DNA of 64,000 nt, taken from positions 676 through 64,675 of the forward strand of contig JAKBZO010000001.1 in NCBI GenBank assembly GCA_021839985.1. The letters run 5' to 3'. How positions within the stretch are numbered: the first letter of the stretch is position 1; the number at the start of each line of letters is the position of its first letter. The notes beneath the pieces were generated by a model. That model was not told the DNA's origin, did not search any database, and saw only the letters and a program-made list of their open reading frames with translations. Positions 1 to 9,738 of this stretch are shown in pieces. The stretch comes from a bacterium (GTDB taxonomy: Bacteria > Patescibacteriota > Minisyncoccia > Phycocordibacterales > SBAW01). A program made the translations under genes and the position numbers.

Positions 1-221
1 GGGCGAACTCTCCTTCTTTACCTGACGCCGGAGGATTAGTGAACGTAAAGGTGCAGTTGCCGGTGAGCGTGAGATTGAAGACGTTGCCTTGCGAGAGGTC
101 GACGGTGTAGGCAGTGCCGGAGTTGGCGGTCACCGTGGTGTAGGAGTAGTTCTTGAGCTCGGCGTTCTGGAGCTGCTCAAGACCGATGTCGACGCGGTTC
201 TTGGAGATCTTGATGACCATG
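1..221 (-). CDS. Hypothetical protein; only the N-terminal part lies in the window and the gene continues past coordinate 1
   Basis: A minus-strand ATG at 219-221 opens a frame reading MVIKISKNRVDIGLEQLQNAELKNYSYTTVTANSGTAYTVDLSQGNVFNLTLTGNCTFTFTNPP... up to the window edge. It is absent from the ORF table because it is truncated. No family was recognised. Confidence 0.3.
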
Positions 222-284
222 GTCTTTCTATCTTATCACGCCGCGGAGGTTGCAAAAGAGCAGGAGCTGCAGCTTCTTCAGTTT

Positions 285-2246
285 TCATTGCCCCACGATC
301 TCCATGCCGCGAGAAAAACCGGGGTCGCTCGAGAGAAGCGTCGTGAGCGGGTCAGCGCTCGCGGTCACTTGCGCTTGCGCGAAACGATCTTGGCCCTGGA
401 ACTGGATCGCACCCGTGAGTGCCGGTGCGGAGCCGACCTGCGAGAGCGAGGGCGTTAGCGATACTTGGAATGACGCCTGTCGTGCAGGAGTGCTGTAGCC
501 GACGCCCGCCTCCACGTCGCCAAGGGTCCAGGTGACCGTGCGCGTGCTGTCGTCGTATGACACTTGTTCGCCACCTGCCGTTCCGGCGCCGATGAACGAA
601 ACGTACGGCGGCAGCACCGTGCTCATGGTCGCGCCGCCGAGCGTGTTGGATGAATTCTTGACGGAGAAAACGATCGCATAGGTGGTGGTCTGCCCTACCC
701 GAGGAGGCAGCGAGCCGCTTTCGCTGAACGGACCCGTGAAATGAAGCGCTTGCGCCGAAGCGGACACCGCCGAGGCAAGCTCGATCTTGGTGCTTGCGAC
801 CGTCGTGATGTCCTCCGGCACGCCGGTGCCCTGACGTGTTCCGTGCACGGTAAGGTTGAGCGTCGCTTCAGGATTGGCGAGCGGCGCGCTGCCGGGCGGC
901 AGCGTCGCGAGGGAGAATTGGAATGAACCGCCAGCACCCGGCGCGACCGACGCGAGCTGTGAATTCTGGTCGCCGCTCCAGGTGATCTGCTGTTTATTGG
1001 AATCATAGAAACCGTTGATCGCGCGCACCGAGGATCCGTCGATCGCAGAGCCGGAAAGCGACAGCGTGAAGGTCACGTTCGATACGGTCTCCGTCAGGTT
1101 GTTCTGCCATGCGATGTTGCCCGAGATCGTCCCGCCGAGCGGCTCCGCGATCGTCGCGCCCGTATTGCCGTCCAGCGAGATCGTCGCGCCGATGAACGGC
1201 TTGCGCACGGTGACCGTCTGCGGGGTCGAGAGAAGCGGGACCGCGAGCGATGTTTCGGTCGGATCGCTTTCGGTACCGGCGAGGAAATGGAAAACGCGCT
1301 CGTCGCCATCTTCGCCGGTGAGCACGCCGGAGATATGAATGGTCTGGCTGCCGCCCGGGTTGAGCGTACCCAAATGCCAGAGCGTATTTCCCGGTGCCGC
1401 CGCCGGCGACACCGAATTCACCGCGAAGCCAAATGGATACTGCACTTCGACCGCCACATTCTGAAGCGGCGAGGTGGCGTTGGATGACACCTCCACGTCC
1501 AGCGAGAACGGCTGACCCGAGATCGCTTCCGTGGGCGATGAAATGGACACGGAGATCGGCGAGGAACCGATCGTGAACATGGTATCGACCTGTTTGACGA
1601 AGACCGAATTGGAGCCGGCGAGTTGGTATTCGAGCGTGACCGATACTTTTTCTTGCGAGCCGCTCGCGCCGAAGAACAGCGCCGAGGATGTCTGTTTGAT
1701 CTGCTGCCCTGGGGCTATCGTGCCAAGCGAGATGCGCTCATTGGGCAGCGCCACCGTGGGATCGTTCTGCGAGCGGGTACCGTCCGGATACGTGACGACC
1801 AGATCGGCCGCAAGAAGGGACGTGTTGTTGCGATTTTGAATGATGTACTGAAGCGTCGCGCCCTTTCCGCTGTCGATAAGCGAAGGCGCAACGATCTGAA
1901 CATCGATGTTCTGCGGAGAGATAGTGTTGAGTCCGCCCCACAGCGCCCACCCCGCAACAGCGGCCGCGATGACGAAGAATATGAATGAGCCCCACAGGAA
2001 GTACCATGCTGCGGTGTGTTTTGATGTGCGTTTTTCCATAAGCGTAAGCGGCGCGACCGGCTTTTCTAGCGCTCCCTCTTCTTTCATGCCATCCCACGAG
2101 CGAGGCGCTTCTTTGCGCGATGAAGAAAGCGGCGAGCGCGCGGTCGGTTCGACCGTGGGCGCCTGCGTGCGCGAATATAATTTGCTTTTGAGCCTTTCGA
2201 CTGGCGGTTCCCGATCGGGCATAGCACTATCATACCGCACGAACAC
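285..2246 (-). CDS. Membrane-anchored surface protein with a short cytoplasmic N-terminus, one TM helix and a long Ser/Thr/Gly-rich extracellular region of repeated beta (Ig-like/DUF11-like) modules; hypothetical
   Basis: 653-aa ORF. The TM segment is AAWYFLWGSFIFFVIAAAVAGWALWGG, followed by about 550 aa of repetitive low-complexity beta-rich sequence. There is no catalytic motif. Confidence 0.5.
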   Translation of the reverse strand: MFVRYDSAMPDREPPVERLKSKLYSRTQAPTVEPTARSPLSSSRKEAPRSWDGMKEEGALEKPVAPLTLMEKRTSKHTAAWYFLWGSFIFFVIAAAVAGWALWGGLNTISPQNIDVQIVAPSLIDSGKGATLQYIIQNRNNTSLLAADLVVTYPDGTRSQNDPTVALPNERISLGTIAPGQQIKQTSSALFFGASGSQEKVSVTLEYQLAGSNSVFVKQVDTMFTIGSSPISVSISSPTEAISGQPFSLDVEVSSNATSPLQNVAVEVQYPFGFAVNSVSPAAAPGNTLWHLGTLNPGGSQTIHISGVLTGEDGDERVFHFLAGTESDPTETSLAVPLLSTPQTVTVRKPFIGATISLDGNTGATIAEPLGGTISGNIAWQNNLTETVSNVTFTLSLSGSAIDGSSVRAINGFYDSNKQQITWSGDQNSQLASVAPGAGGSFQFSLATLPPGSAPLANPEATLNLTVHGTRQGTGVPEDITTVASTKIELASAVSASAQALHFTGPFSESGSLPPRVGQTTTYAIVFSVKNSSNTLGGATMSTVLPPYVSFIGAGTAGGEQVSYDDSTRTVTWTLGDVEAGVGYSTPARQASFQVSLTPSLSQVGSAPALTGAIQFQGQDRFAQAQVTASADPLTTLLSSDPGFSRGMEIVGQ

Positions 2247-2333
2247 AAAAGCTGAATATCGAGGTCAGGTATATCTGTCGCGCCGGCTCGATCTCGGTCT
2301 ATCCGCTTCCAGGCTTCCGCCAAGCGCGCTTGA

Positions 2334-2933
2334 TCACAACCCGGTTGCCATGAGTGATTCGTTGATCGATCGAATGAGCGCGCTGCGCGAGACGGCGGCA
2401 GACGCGGCGAGTTCCATCGACAGAGCGCTGTCGCCGATGAATGGCGCGAGCTCCGGCGTCTTTGGAAGATAGCCGAGATGATGGAGTGTGCGGAGTACCA
2501 GTACCGACTCGATGCCGTCGACTTCTTCGCGCGAACGCGCTGTAAGCAGAAGACCGATGCCCTCCACCACCTGATCATAAAGAGCGGGTGATGCTTCTTC
2601 GCCATGAATGAGGCGGGTGAGAAGCTGCAAGATCTTACCGACCGCATGCCGCGCATCGCGCGAACTTTCCGCGAATTGCGCGCGGTCCTTCTCGTGTTGG
2701 TGACCATTTACGATCTTCCACTCATGCTTGCCGCGCACCAGCGAAAAGCGCGCGATCGAAAGCGGCTCAAGAAAATAGCGCAGCTTCGATCGCGAGAGGC
2801 GGCTGCTTTGCGCTTTAGCATACAGAAGGCCGCGATCGCGCGTGAAGAGTACCGCGAGCGTGTTCGCTTCTCCGACGCCGCGCTTGCCAAGCACGATCCC
2901 CGGAGTAGTAAGAATGGTATGACCGAGGCTCAT
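2334..2933 (-). CDS. recO: DNA repair protein RecO
   Basis: The N-terminal OB-fold signature GIVLGKRGVGEANTLAVLFTRDRGLL and the C-terminal ...LRTLHHLGYLPK pattern are typical of RecO. Its length and its position next to a tRNA-synthetase gene are also compatible. Confidence 0.65.
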   Translation of the reverse strand: MSLGHTILTTPGIVLGKRGVGEANTLAVLFTRDRGLLYAKAQSSRLSRSKLRYFLEPLSIARFSLVRGKHEWKIVNGHQHEKDRAQFAESSRDARHAVGKILQLLTRLIHGEEASPALYDQVVEGIGLLLTARSREEVDGIESVLVLRTLHHLGYLPKTPELAPFIGDSALSMELAASAAVSRSALIRSINESLMATGL

Positions 2934-5900
2934 TGGGTGAGGATGAATCGAACGGGCATATTGAGTGATGGATGGATGGAGAGGTCTGCGGCGCGCATGA
3001 TCTCAAGCGCGCCAAGACCGGTCTGTGCGATGAGGTCATGCTTGTGCGACTCGAAGAACGCTTCCCATTCTTCGTCCACATCGACGCGCAGTGTCGGCCG
3101 GTCATTCACTAAGAGGCCTTCCTTTTTGCGCAGATCTTGGATCATCCGCGCGACGTCGCGCACCAGACCTTCTTCGCGCAGCTCATCCGTGATCGCGATG
3201 TCGAGCCACACGTCCTCTTCCATGTCAGTGTCGGTCTCGATGACCTTCACGTTCACTTCATCGGCGATGATGGCGCGCAGCACTTGATCATCCGGCAGTT
3301 CGCGCACTTTAAGAAGCGCGAGCGGCTGGCGCACCTTTATGCCGGAGGCGTCGCGGCGCTCAAGCGCGCGCGATGCGACGGTACGAATGATCGCCATGTC
3401 CGCGAGGATCTTTTCATCGACCGCGATATTCTCCGGCCAGTTCTCCAAGTGGACGCTCTCCTTTTCTCCACCCGCGCCCCGGTACACGCTCTCTGCAATG
3501 AACGGCATGAGCGGCGCCACGAGTTTTGCGAGCGCGAGCAAGACCTCGCGCTGTGTGGCAAGAGCAAATTGTTTGTCAGTAGCGTCCGCGCCCGTTCGCA
3601 CGCGATCGCGTGAGCGGCGCACATACCAGGTCGAATAATCTTCGATGAACGGGCGTAGTGCTCGCACGGAGCGCGGCATGTCGTAGGACTCCATCGCGTC
3701 GGTCATCTCGCGCACGAGCTCTCCCAAGCGCGAACGGACCCAATGATCAAGCGGATGCGGACTGTTCTCGCTTTCGGTCGCTCCGTCGTATTCCTCTTTA
3801 TAAAGCTCGAAGAATTTGTATGAGTTCCATAAAATGCCGATGACGCGGTTGTGCACCTCGCGCACGTCTTCATCGCGAAACGCGAAGTCCTCCGCCTGCA
3901 TCACCACGCTCCCCATCATATAGAGGCGCAGCGCGTCGGCGCCGTACTTATCGAGCAGCGCGAGCGGATCAGTGTAGTTGCCCTTGCTCTTGCTCATCTT
4001 GGAGCCGTCGGCGGCAAGCACGTTGCCGGTCACAACCGCGGCGCGGAACGACAGGCGATCAAAGAGCGCGACCGCCATCGCATGCATATAGTAAAACCAT
4101 GCGCGCGTCTGCCCGACATACTCGGCCACAAAATCGCCCGGCGCGCGCTTCTCGAATGCTTCGGCGTTCTCGAACGGATAGTGATATTCGGCGAACGGCA
4201 TGACGCCCGACTCCGCCCAACAGTCGATGACTTCCGGTATGCGGGTGTACTCTGCGCCATCGTCTCCGAGGAGCGTGATCGAATCGATATAGGGACGATG
4301 CAGGTCGAGATCGAATTTCGCGTTGAGCGGCAGCGGCTTGAACGGAAGTTCCATCACCTCGCCCGGCGCTGCCGCGAGATTCACTTCGCTCAGGAGATCG
4401 TCGCCGCGCGTGCCATCGAGCACTTCAACGAGCGACTTGAAGCCGACCGCGTGCGACACCATGACCACCGTCTTGTCCGCATACGTCTCCTCGTAGCCGT
4501 AGATCGCTTTGCCGAAACGGATCTTCGCTTCTTCAAAACTTTCGCCGTGATCGGGATGTACGGTGTACCAGTCGGGTCGTGCCAGCGCCTGTATCCACTC
4601 CGATTTCGGTCGGCCGTCATATTCGCCGAAGTTGAATTCTGCGAGCCGCTCATCGACGACGATCGAAGATCCATCAAGACCAAGCTCGCGCGCCATGATC
4701 GTGGCGGTCTCGCGCGCGCGGCGCACCGGCGAGGTCAGAAGCACCAGCGATTTCTCAGGCGTCTGTGCCAAGCTCGCGCGGATGGTGTGCGCCGCGCGCG
4801 CGGCCTGCTCCCGGCCCTTCTGCGTCAGCGGGTAGACGCTCTCTGGGTCGGCGGTGTAAATGCCCTTGCTCATATATTCCGACTCGCCGTGGCGCACGAT
4901 GAAGTATCGATTGCCCGCGGTCTTCGCGCGCTGCTTGAGCTCCTCCAAAGAGCCGACCACCATGTACCGGCCATCTTGTGCTTTCCAGATCGGCAGGGGC
5001 GACGCCCAGAAACGATTGCGCGAAATGGTCCAGTCGGGCGCATTGTCGACGATGTGTTTGAAACGACCATGCTTAAGATGCTCCGGCACCCACGTTATCT
5101 TTTCATTCTCTTCAAGAAGACGCGTCTTGATCTTCTGAATATTGATGAACCACGACGAGACCGCGTTGTAGACGAGCGCCGTCGAACAACGATAGCAGTG
5201 CGGATACGAGTGCGTGTGCTCCGCTTTCGCAAAAAGCAGACCGCGCTTCTCAAGATCTTCGATGATACGCTTGCCGCCCTTTTTGTAATACATGCCGACG
5301 ATGAACTCCGGCGCCATCGAGTTGTAGGAGCCGCTCGCGTCGAGCAGCTGGATCATCGGCAATCCTTCGCGCGCGCCGAGCGCGAAGTCGTCTTCGCCGT
5401 ACATGGGGGCAATGTGCACGATGCCGGTGCCGTCTTCGGTCGTGACGAAGTCGCCGGCATACACGCGATGCGCCACGCCCGACTTCTCCTCGCCTGCGAA
5501 TTCGTAGAGCGGTTCATATTCGAGACCGACCAAGTCTTTGCCCGATCGTTCCCAATCGAGCACATAGAGTATCTGCTTTTGTGCGAAAAAGTTATTCGTG
5601 TCCTGCGAAAGAATATAAAGTTCAGGGCTGTCTGGTTTTTTAGCGAGTTGGTATTTGATATTTTCACCCACCGCCAGCGCCATGTTTCCCGGCAGCGTCC
5701 ACGGCGTGGTAGTCCACGCGAGCAAATACACATCACCCGAAAGTCCGAGAGCGTTCGGGTCTTTGACCTTGAACTTCACCGTCACCGCCGTATCCGTCAC
5801 ATCCTTATAGGTGTTATCCATCGCGATCTCCGCTTTTGCCAGCGGCGTCTCGCAGTGCGGGCAGTACATGAGCACCTTGCGGCCTTCGTAGAGGAGCTCC

Positions 5901-6418
5901 TTCTCATGCAAGCGCTTGAGCGACCACCATACGCTCTCGATGTACGAGTTGTCCATCGTCTTGTACGAATGTTTGAAGTCGACCCATCGTCCGATGCGCT
6001 CGACATATTTCTCCCACTCGCGCTCGAATTCAAGCACGCTGGAGCGCGCCGCTTCGTTGAACGCCGCGATACCTACCTGCTCGATATCTTTTTTTGTCTT
6101 AAGACCGAGCCGTTTCTCAATGAGGCTCTCGATCGGAAGACCGTGGCAATCCCACCCCCACCGGCGGCGCACGCTATACCCGCGCATCGTCTTGTAGCGC
6201 GGCACGACATCCTTCACGATCGACGAGAGCAGCGAACCATAGTGCGGAAGGCCGGTCGCAAATGGCGGGCCATCATAAAATATGAACTCGCCATGTGGCG
6301 CATCTTTCCCTACCGACTTTTCAAAAATTTCGCGCTCTTTCCAAAAAGCGAGCACGCCCTCCTCGCGTTGCGCTATCTCCGTCTTTTCTTGCGTCTTCGC
6401 TTTCTGTTCCTCAGCCAT
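2930..6418 (-). CDS. ileS: Isoleucyl-tRNA synthetase of the type-2 (eukaryote/archaeal-like) class, carrying an inserted histidine-phosphatase domain
   Basis: The HIGH-region is FYDGPPFATGLPHYGS, followed by the CP1 editing domain, the WTISRNRFWASPLPIW motif, DLHRPYID and GSKMSKSKGN (KMSKS). Between the PIW and HRPY motifs sits an extra ~190 aa with a RHGESE...SHAVG histidine-phosphatase signature. Confidence 0.85.
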   Translation of the reverse strand: MAEEQKAKTQEKTEIAQREEGVLAFWKEREIFEKSVGKDAPHGEFIFYDGPPFATGLPHYGSLLSSIVKDVVPRYKTMRGYSVRRRWGWDCHGLPIESLIEKRLGLKTKKDIEQVGIAAFNEAARSSVLEFEREWEKYVERIGRWVDFKHSYKTMDNSYIESVWWSLKRLHEKELLYEGRKVLMYCPHCETPLAKAEIAMDNTYKDVTDTAVTVKFKVKDPNALGLSGDVYLLAWTTTPWTLPGNMALAVGENIKYQLAKKPDSPELYILSQDTNNFFAQKQILYVLDWERSGKDLVGLEYEPLYEFAGEEKSGVAHRVYAGDFVTTEDGTGIVHIAPMYGEDDFALGAREGLPMIQLLDASGSYNSMAPEFIVGMYYKKGGKRIIEDLEKRGLLFAKAEHTHSYPHCYRCSTALVYNAVSSWFINIQKIKTRLLEENEKITWVPEHLKHGRFKHIVDNAPDWTISRNRFWASPLPIWKAQDGRYMVVGSLEELKQRAKTAGNRYFIVRHGESEYMSKGIYTADPESVYPLTQKGREQAARAAHTIRASLAQTPEKSLVLLTSPVRRARETATIMARELGLDGSSIVVDERLAEFNFGEYDGRPKSEWIQALARPDWYTVHPDHGESFEEAKIRFGKAIYGYEETYADKTVVMVSHAVGFKSLVEVLDGTRGDDLLSEVNLAAAPGEVMELPFKPLPLNAKFDLDLHRPYIDSITLLGDDGAEYTRIPEVIDCWAESGVMPFAEYHYPFENAEAFEKRAPGDFVAEYVGQTRAWFYYMHAMAVALFDRLSFRAAVVTGNVLAADGSKMSKSKGNYTDPLALLDKYGADALRLYMMGSVVMQAEDFAFRDEDVREVHNRVIGILWNSYKFFELYKEEYDGATESENSPHPLDHWVRSRLGELVREMTDAMESYDMPRSVRALRPFIEDYSTWYVRRSRDRVRTGADATDKQFALATQREVLLALAKLVAPLMPFIAESVYRGAGGEKESVHLENWPENIAVDEKILADMAIIRTVASRALERRDASGIKVRQPLALLKVRELPDDQVLRAIIADEVNVKVIETDTDMEEDVWLDIAITDELREEGLVRDVARMIQDLRKKEGLLVNDRPTLRVDVDEEWEAFFESHKHDLIAQTGLGALEIMRAADLSIHPSLNMPVRFILTQ
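4350..4900 (-). other. Histidine-phosphatase (PGAM-like) domain inserted in frame within the ileS catalytic core
   Basis: The codons for RHGESEYM lie at 4861-4884 on the minus strand. The second catalytic His sits in VVMVSHAVGF. In Thermus-type IleRS the same motif boundaries are separated by only about 40 aa. Confidence 0.55.
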
Positions 6419-6446
6419 ACATAAGAATATATAGGTATATCACCCA

Positions 6447-6480
6447 AATTAAAAGGCGGTACGTTTCTCAACGTTCCGCC
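6447..6480 (-). terminator. Intrinsic terminator hairpin with U-tract, about 30 nt upstream of the ileS start; the end of a putative regulatory leader
   Basis: The minus strand reads ggcggaacgttgagaaacgtaccgccttttaattt. It lies about 400 nt downstream of the argS stop and directly before the ileS RBS, which suggests an attenuator or T-box-like leader. Confidence 0.5.
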
Positions 6481-6710
6481 TTCTCGATCAGATCGGTCAT
6501 TTTTCGACCTTGAACCTACCAGACATGCCTGCCGTACGAGGTTCCTAAGAGTTCTGACACGGGGTGCCGAATCCCTACCCTTGTGCCGGATGGTATGTCC
6601 GGCCGCTACTTCGCTTTCTGAAGAACATGGCGTCTCCCTGGCCTGATGATCGTGGCGATCACTGAAACTACTGGTAAAAGTAGAGCATGATTGCTGCGAA
6701 AAGTCAAGCT
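6481..6710 (-). promoter_or_regulatory. Putative ileS leader RNA, a possible T-box-like attenuator, with a candidate promoter (TTGACT near 6702-6707)
   Basis: A sigma70-like -35 TTGACT with a weak -10 would give a ~250-nt leader containing AUC(A) triplets, several stems and a terminal terminator. No clean T-box consensus was found. Confidence 0.25.
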
Positions 6711-6852
6711 TTTATTTACAGCGCGAATCCGCTCAAAATCGATGAGATGCGAGGCGTGGGCGAGGAGCGAAGTGAGCCTTACTTGAGCCGTAAGGCGAGT
6801 GAGTACCGAAGTCCACAACGACGCAGGTCGCGGTTTTGAGCGGATCCGAACA

Positions 6853-8532
6853 TTACATTTCCTCGGGTGCTGAAATACCCAAAAGCCACAAGCCGTTTTT
6901 GAGCGTTTGGCGCACGGCACTGACGAGCGCGAGTTTGTCCGCGGCATCTGGCGTGCCAAGGATCCGCTCCTGCGCATACCAGGAGTTGAAGGCGCTTGAA
7001 AGTTCAATGAGATACTGCGCGACGAAGTGAGGTTCGTACTGCACCGCAGCGCGCTCCACCACCTCCGGAAAGCGCGGCAGAAGTCGCTCGATGTCGGGCG
7101 CGATGCCGCCGCGAACATGCGCGGACAACGCGACACTCTCCTCTTCTGCCCTCTTGAGCACGGACACGCAGCGCGTGTGCGCGTACTGGATATACGGACC
7201 GGACTCGCCTTCAAGTGAAAGGGATTTCTCCGGATCGAAAATAATGTTCTTACCCGCGCCCTGCTTGAGCACGGAAAACTTTATCGCGGCAACAGCGATC
7301 TGCCGTGCGACCTCCTCGGGGTTCGCCACACCGCGCTCCCCCATTTTTTCTTTCGCCGCCGTGATCATATCGCCGATGAGCGACTCGCCGGTGATGACGT
7401 TGCCTTTGCGCGACGACATCTTGCCGCTCTGGAGTTGCATCATGCCGTGATGGATGTGCTCGAAGACGCCTTTCCACTCTGGATAGATAAGCTCAAGTGC
7501 TGTGAACACGACGTTGAAGTACGCTTCTTGCTCAAGCGCGGTCACGGTGATCGAGCGATCGAACGCGCAGCGCTCGCGCTTCATCTGCGCAAGGCCGATC
7601 TCTTTCGCTTCGTAGGTCGGCAGTCCTTGCTTGTTGACGAAGACGCGGGTATGGAGCTTCGGGTCATGCTCTTCCCCATGGAACACGATCGCGCCGTCGC
7701 TCTCAACGAATAGCTCCGGATGAGCGTGCACGACCTCAAGGCCTCGCGGTCCGGTCTCGCTTTCGAAGAAGTATTCATCAAAAGATGTTCCAAGAAGCGC
7801 GTAGATATCTTCAAAATGCTTCAGGGTCTCCTCGCGTCCCCAAGCATAGAGCGCGTTGATCTTTTCATCGCTCTTCTCATATACTTTCTTGTTGATCTCT
7901 TCGATCTCACGCTTCGCGTCTGTATTTTCTTCGTAAGCGGCGGCGCCGCGCACATATGCTGCACTGATCTGTGCGACCGTCGACTGTGCGAGACCTTCCT
8001 GCAGGAGCCCCCAGATCGCTTTGGCGACATGCGGGCCGACATCGCCTTGATAGTTGGCGCGGATGACATCGGCGCCCGAGTGCTCAAAGAGCCGCGCCAC
8101 GCTCTCGCCGATAGCATTGCTCATGAGGTGACCGATGTGAAATTCTTTGAACGGATTCGGGTCGGTGTATTCGACCATGATCGTCTTGCCTGACCAAGCG
8201 TCATTGCTTCCCCACCGGTCGCCTTCTTCGCGCGCAGCGACGATCGCCGTGGCGCGCGACTCGCTGGAGAGGAAGATGTTGAGAAAACCCGGACCGGCGA
8301 TCTCGATCTTCTCGACGCCCGAGATATGCGCCTCTTCAAGCGCGGCGTGCATGGCGACGGCGACATCGCGCGGTTTCTGGCCAAGCTGCTTTCCTGCGAC
8401 CAGCGCCGCATTGCAGGCGTAGTCCGCACCGGTCTCCGCCGGCGGATATTCAACGACGAAAGCGGCGTCGGGAGCACCCAACCGCGCGAGAGCGCCGCGC
8501 ACCGCCGCTTCTATCTTTTCTTTCATATTCAC
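6853..8532 (-). CDS. argS: Arginyl-tRNA synthetase
   Basis: 559 aa. The HIGH-class motif is ...FHIGHLMSNAIGESVARL..., and KMSSRKGNVITGESLI is the KMSK-like motif. The N-terminal Arg_tRNA_synt_N-like region and the C-terminal DALR-like helix region are present. Confidence 0.85.
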   Translation of the reverse strand: MNMKEKIEAAVRGALARLGAPDAAFVVEYPPAETGADYACNAALVAGKQLGQKPRDVAVAMHAALEEAHISGVEKIEIAGPGFLNIFLSSESRATAIVAAREEGDRWGSNDAWSGKTIMVEYTDPNPFKEFHIGHLMSNAIGESVARLFEHSGADVIRANYQGDVGPHVAKAIWGLLQEGLAQSTVAQISAAYVRGAAAYEENTDAKREIEEINKKVYEKSDEKINALYAWGREETLKHFEDIYALLGTSFDEYFFESETGPRGLEVVHAHPELFVESDGAIVFHGEEHDPKLHTRVFVNKQGLPTYEAKEIGLAQMKRERCAFDRSITVTALEQEAYFNVVFTALELIYPEWKGVFEHIHHGMMQLQSGKMSSRKGNVITGESLIGDMITAAKEKMGERGVANPEEVARQIAVAAIKFSVLKQGAGKNIIFDPEKSLSLEGESGPYIQYAHTRCVSVLKRAEEESVALSAHVRGGIAPDIERLLPRFPEVVERAAVQYEPHFVAQYLIELSSAFNSWYAQERILGTPDAADKLALVSAVRQTLKNGLWLLGISAPEEM

Positions 8533-8619
8533 AAAGTAGCAGGATTCCGCTCAAATCGCTAGACTCATGCACGCCCTTGAGCTCTATGATACATCATAGA
8601 GAATACCGATCTCTGGAAA

Positions 8620-9723
8620 CTACAGCGTCGTCGATGAAAGCATCGGCGATGTCGTGCTTGGTATGACATCGAATGAGACACGGCCGATGAGCGCGCCGCT
8701 TTCCGTCTCAACGTCGCAGCGCCACTGCCCCGGCGTGATGTTCTGCTTCATGCTGTATCCGCGATAGCCTTCTTCGCGGCCGCCGGAGATCGGAAATTCA
8801 ACGACCGCGACCGTACTCCACACGTTCGCGGTCGCGTCGTAATGTTCCCATCGATGTCGGATCGGGGTGCCGAGTCCGGTCGGCGCGAAGACCGACGACC
8901 AGCAGTAGGCATCGCTCCCCGCCGGGGCGGTGAAGATATCGGAGGTGGTGTGCCAGAATTGCCACGCGGGTGCCGCTTCATATTGCGCGCCATAGGAACC
9001 ATCCGCGTTGTGCACGATGAGATGATAGATGCCGTCATCGCGCAGCGCGAGTGGAACCGGCGGAATGACGTTCGTGAAGTACAAAAGGTTGAACAGCGCG
9101 AGCACGCTCGCGATCATGAGGAGCGCATGCGTGAGATGTCGGCGGCCTTCGCGTCCGCCAAAGATCCGCGTCGCGCCGTGGAGCACGATGATGAAGACAA
9201 GCGCTGCGACCAAGCTGACCGCATTGCTTTCAATGAACGCCGCTTGGCCTATGTCGTGCACGATCCACGTCGGCACCGCAATGACGCAGTAGGTCAGAAG
9301 GAGCACATACCACACGCTCATGTTGAAACGAAGCTGGTCGTATTTGGTCTTGAGAAATTCATTGCCGATGAGCATTGCCGCGAGGACGCCCAAAAAGAGC
9401 AGGCTGCCCGCCGGCGTGCCGCTCTTGCCGTAGAGGATGAGCAGGTTGCTCGCAAGACCGCCGAAGGCGAACTTCATCGAGAGGATCGGCGCGAGTGTGG
9501 TCGCGGGATCTTTTGCCGCGCGCCGCACCGGCCGTGCAAGATACACGATCACGCCGGCGGAGACGAGCAGGTACGAGAGGAGCAGCACATTCACAAAGAC
9601 GCTGTCGGGGCGCTTCGCGATGATGAGATCGAAACAAAAGCCGCCGACCATCGTCGCGACCGACACCGCGCGTTCATAGCGGTTAAGTACTGCAAGTAAG
9701 TGATCGGTTCGTGATCGAGACAT
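8620..9723 (-). CDS. Polytopic integral membrane protein with a C-terminal extracytoplasmic beta domain; hypothetical
   Basis: 367 aa with at least eight hydrophobic helices, followed by a non-membrane tail ...DAYCWSSVFAPTGLGTPIRHRWEHYDATANVW... No catalytic motifs. Confidence 0.45.
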   Translation of the reverse strand: MSRSRTDHLLAVLNRYERAVSVATMVGGFCFDLIIAKRPDSVFVNVLLLSYLLVSAGVIVYLARPVRRAAKDPATTLAPILSMKFAFGGLASNLLILYGKSGTPAGSLLFLGVLAAMLIGNEFLKTKYDQLRFNMSVWYVLLLTYCVIAVPTWIVHDIGQAAFIESNAVSLVAALVFIIVLHGATRIFGGREGRRHLTHALLMIASVLALFNLLYFTNVIPPVPLALRDDGIYHLIVHNADGSYGAQYEAAPAWQFWHTTSDIFTAPAGSDAYCWSSVFAPTGLGTPIRHRWEHYDATANVWSTVAVVEFPISGGREEGYRGYSMKQNITPGQWRCDVETESGALIGRVSFDVIPSTTSPMLSSTTL

Positions 9724-9738
9724 AGAGATCGCGTGGGG

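Noticed and set aside
6606-7214. 202-aa ORF overlapping the argS 3' half on the same strand in another frame
   Set aside because: It overlaps the strongly supported argS frame and its sequence is Arg/Ser-rich low complexity, so it was taken as an artefact.
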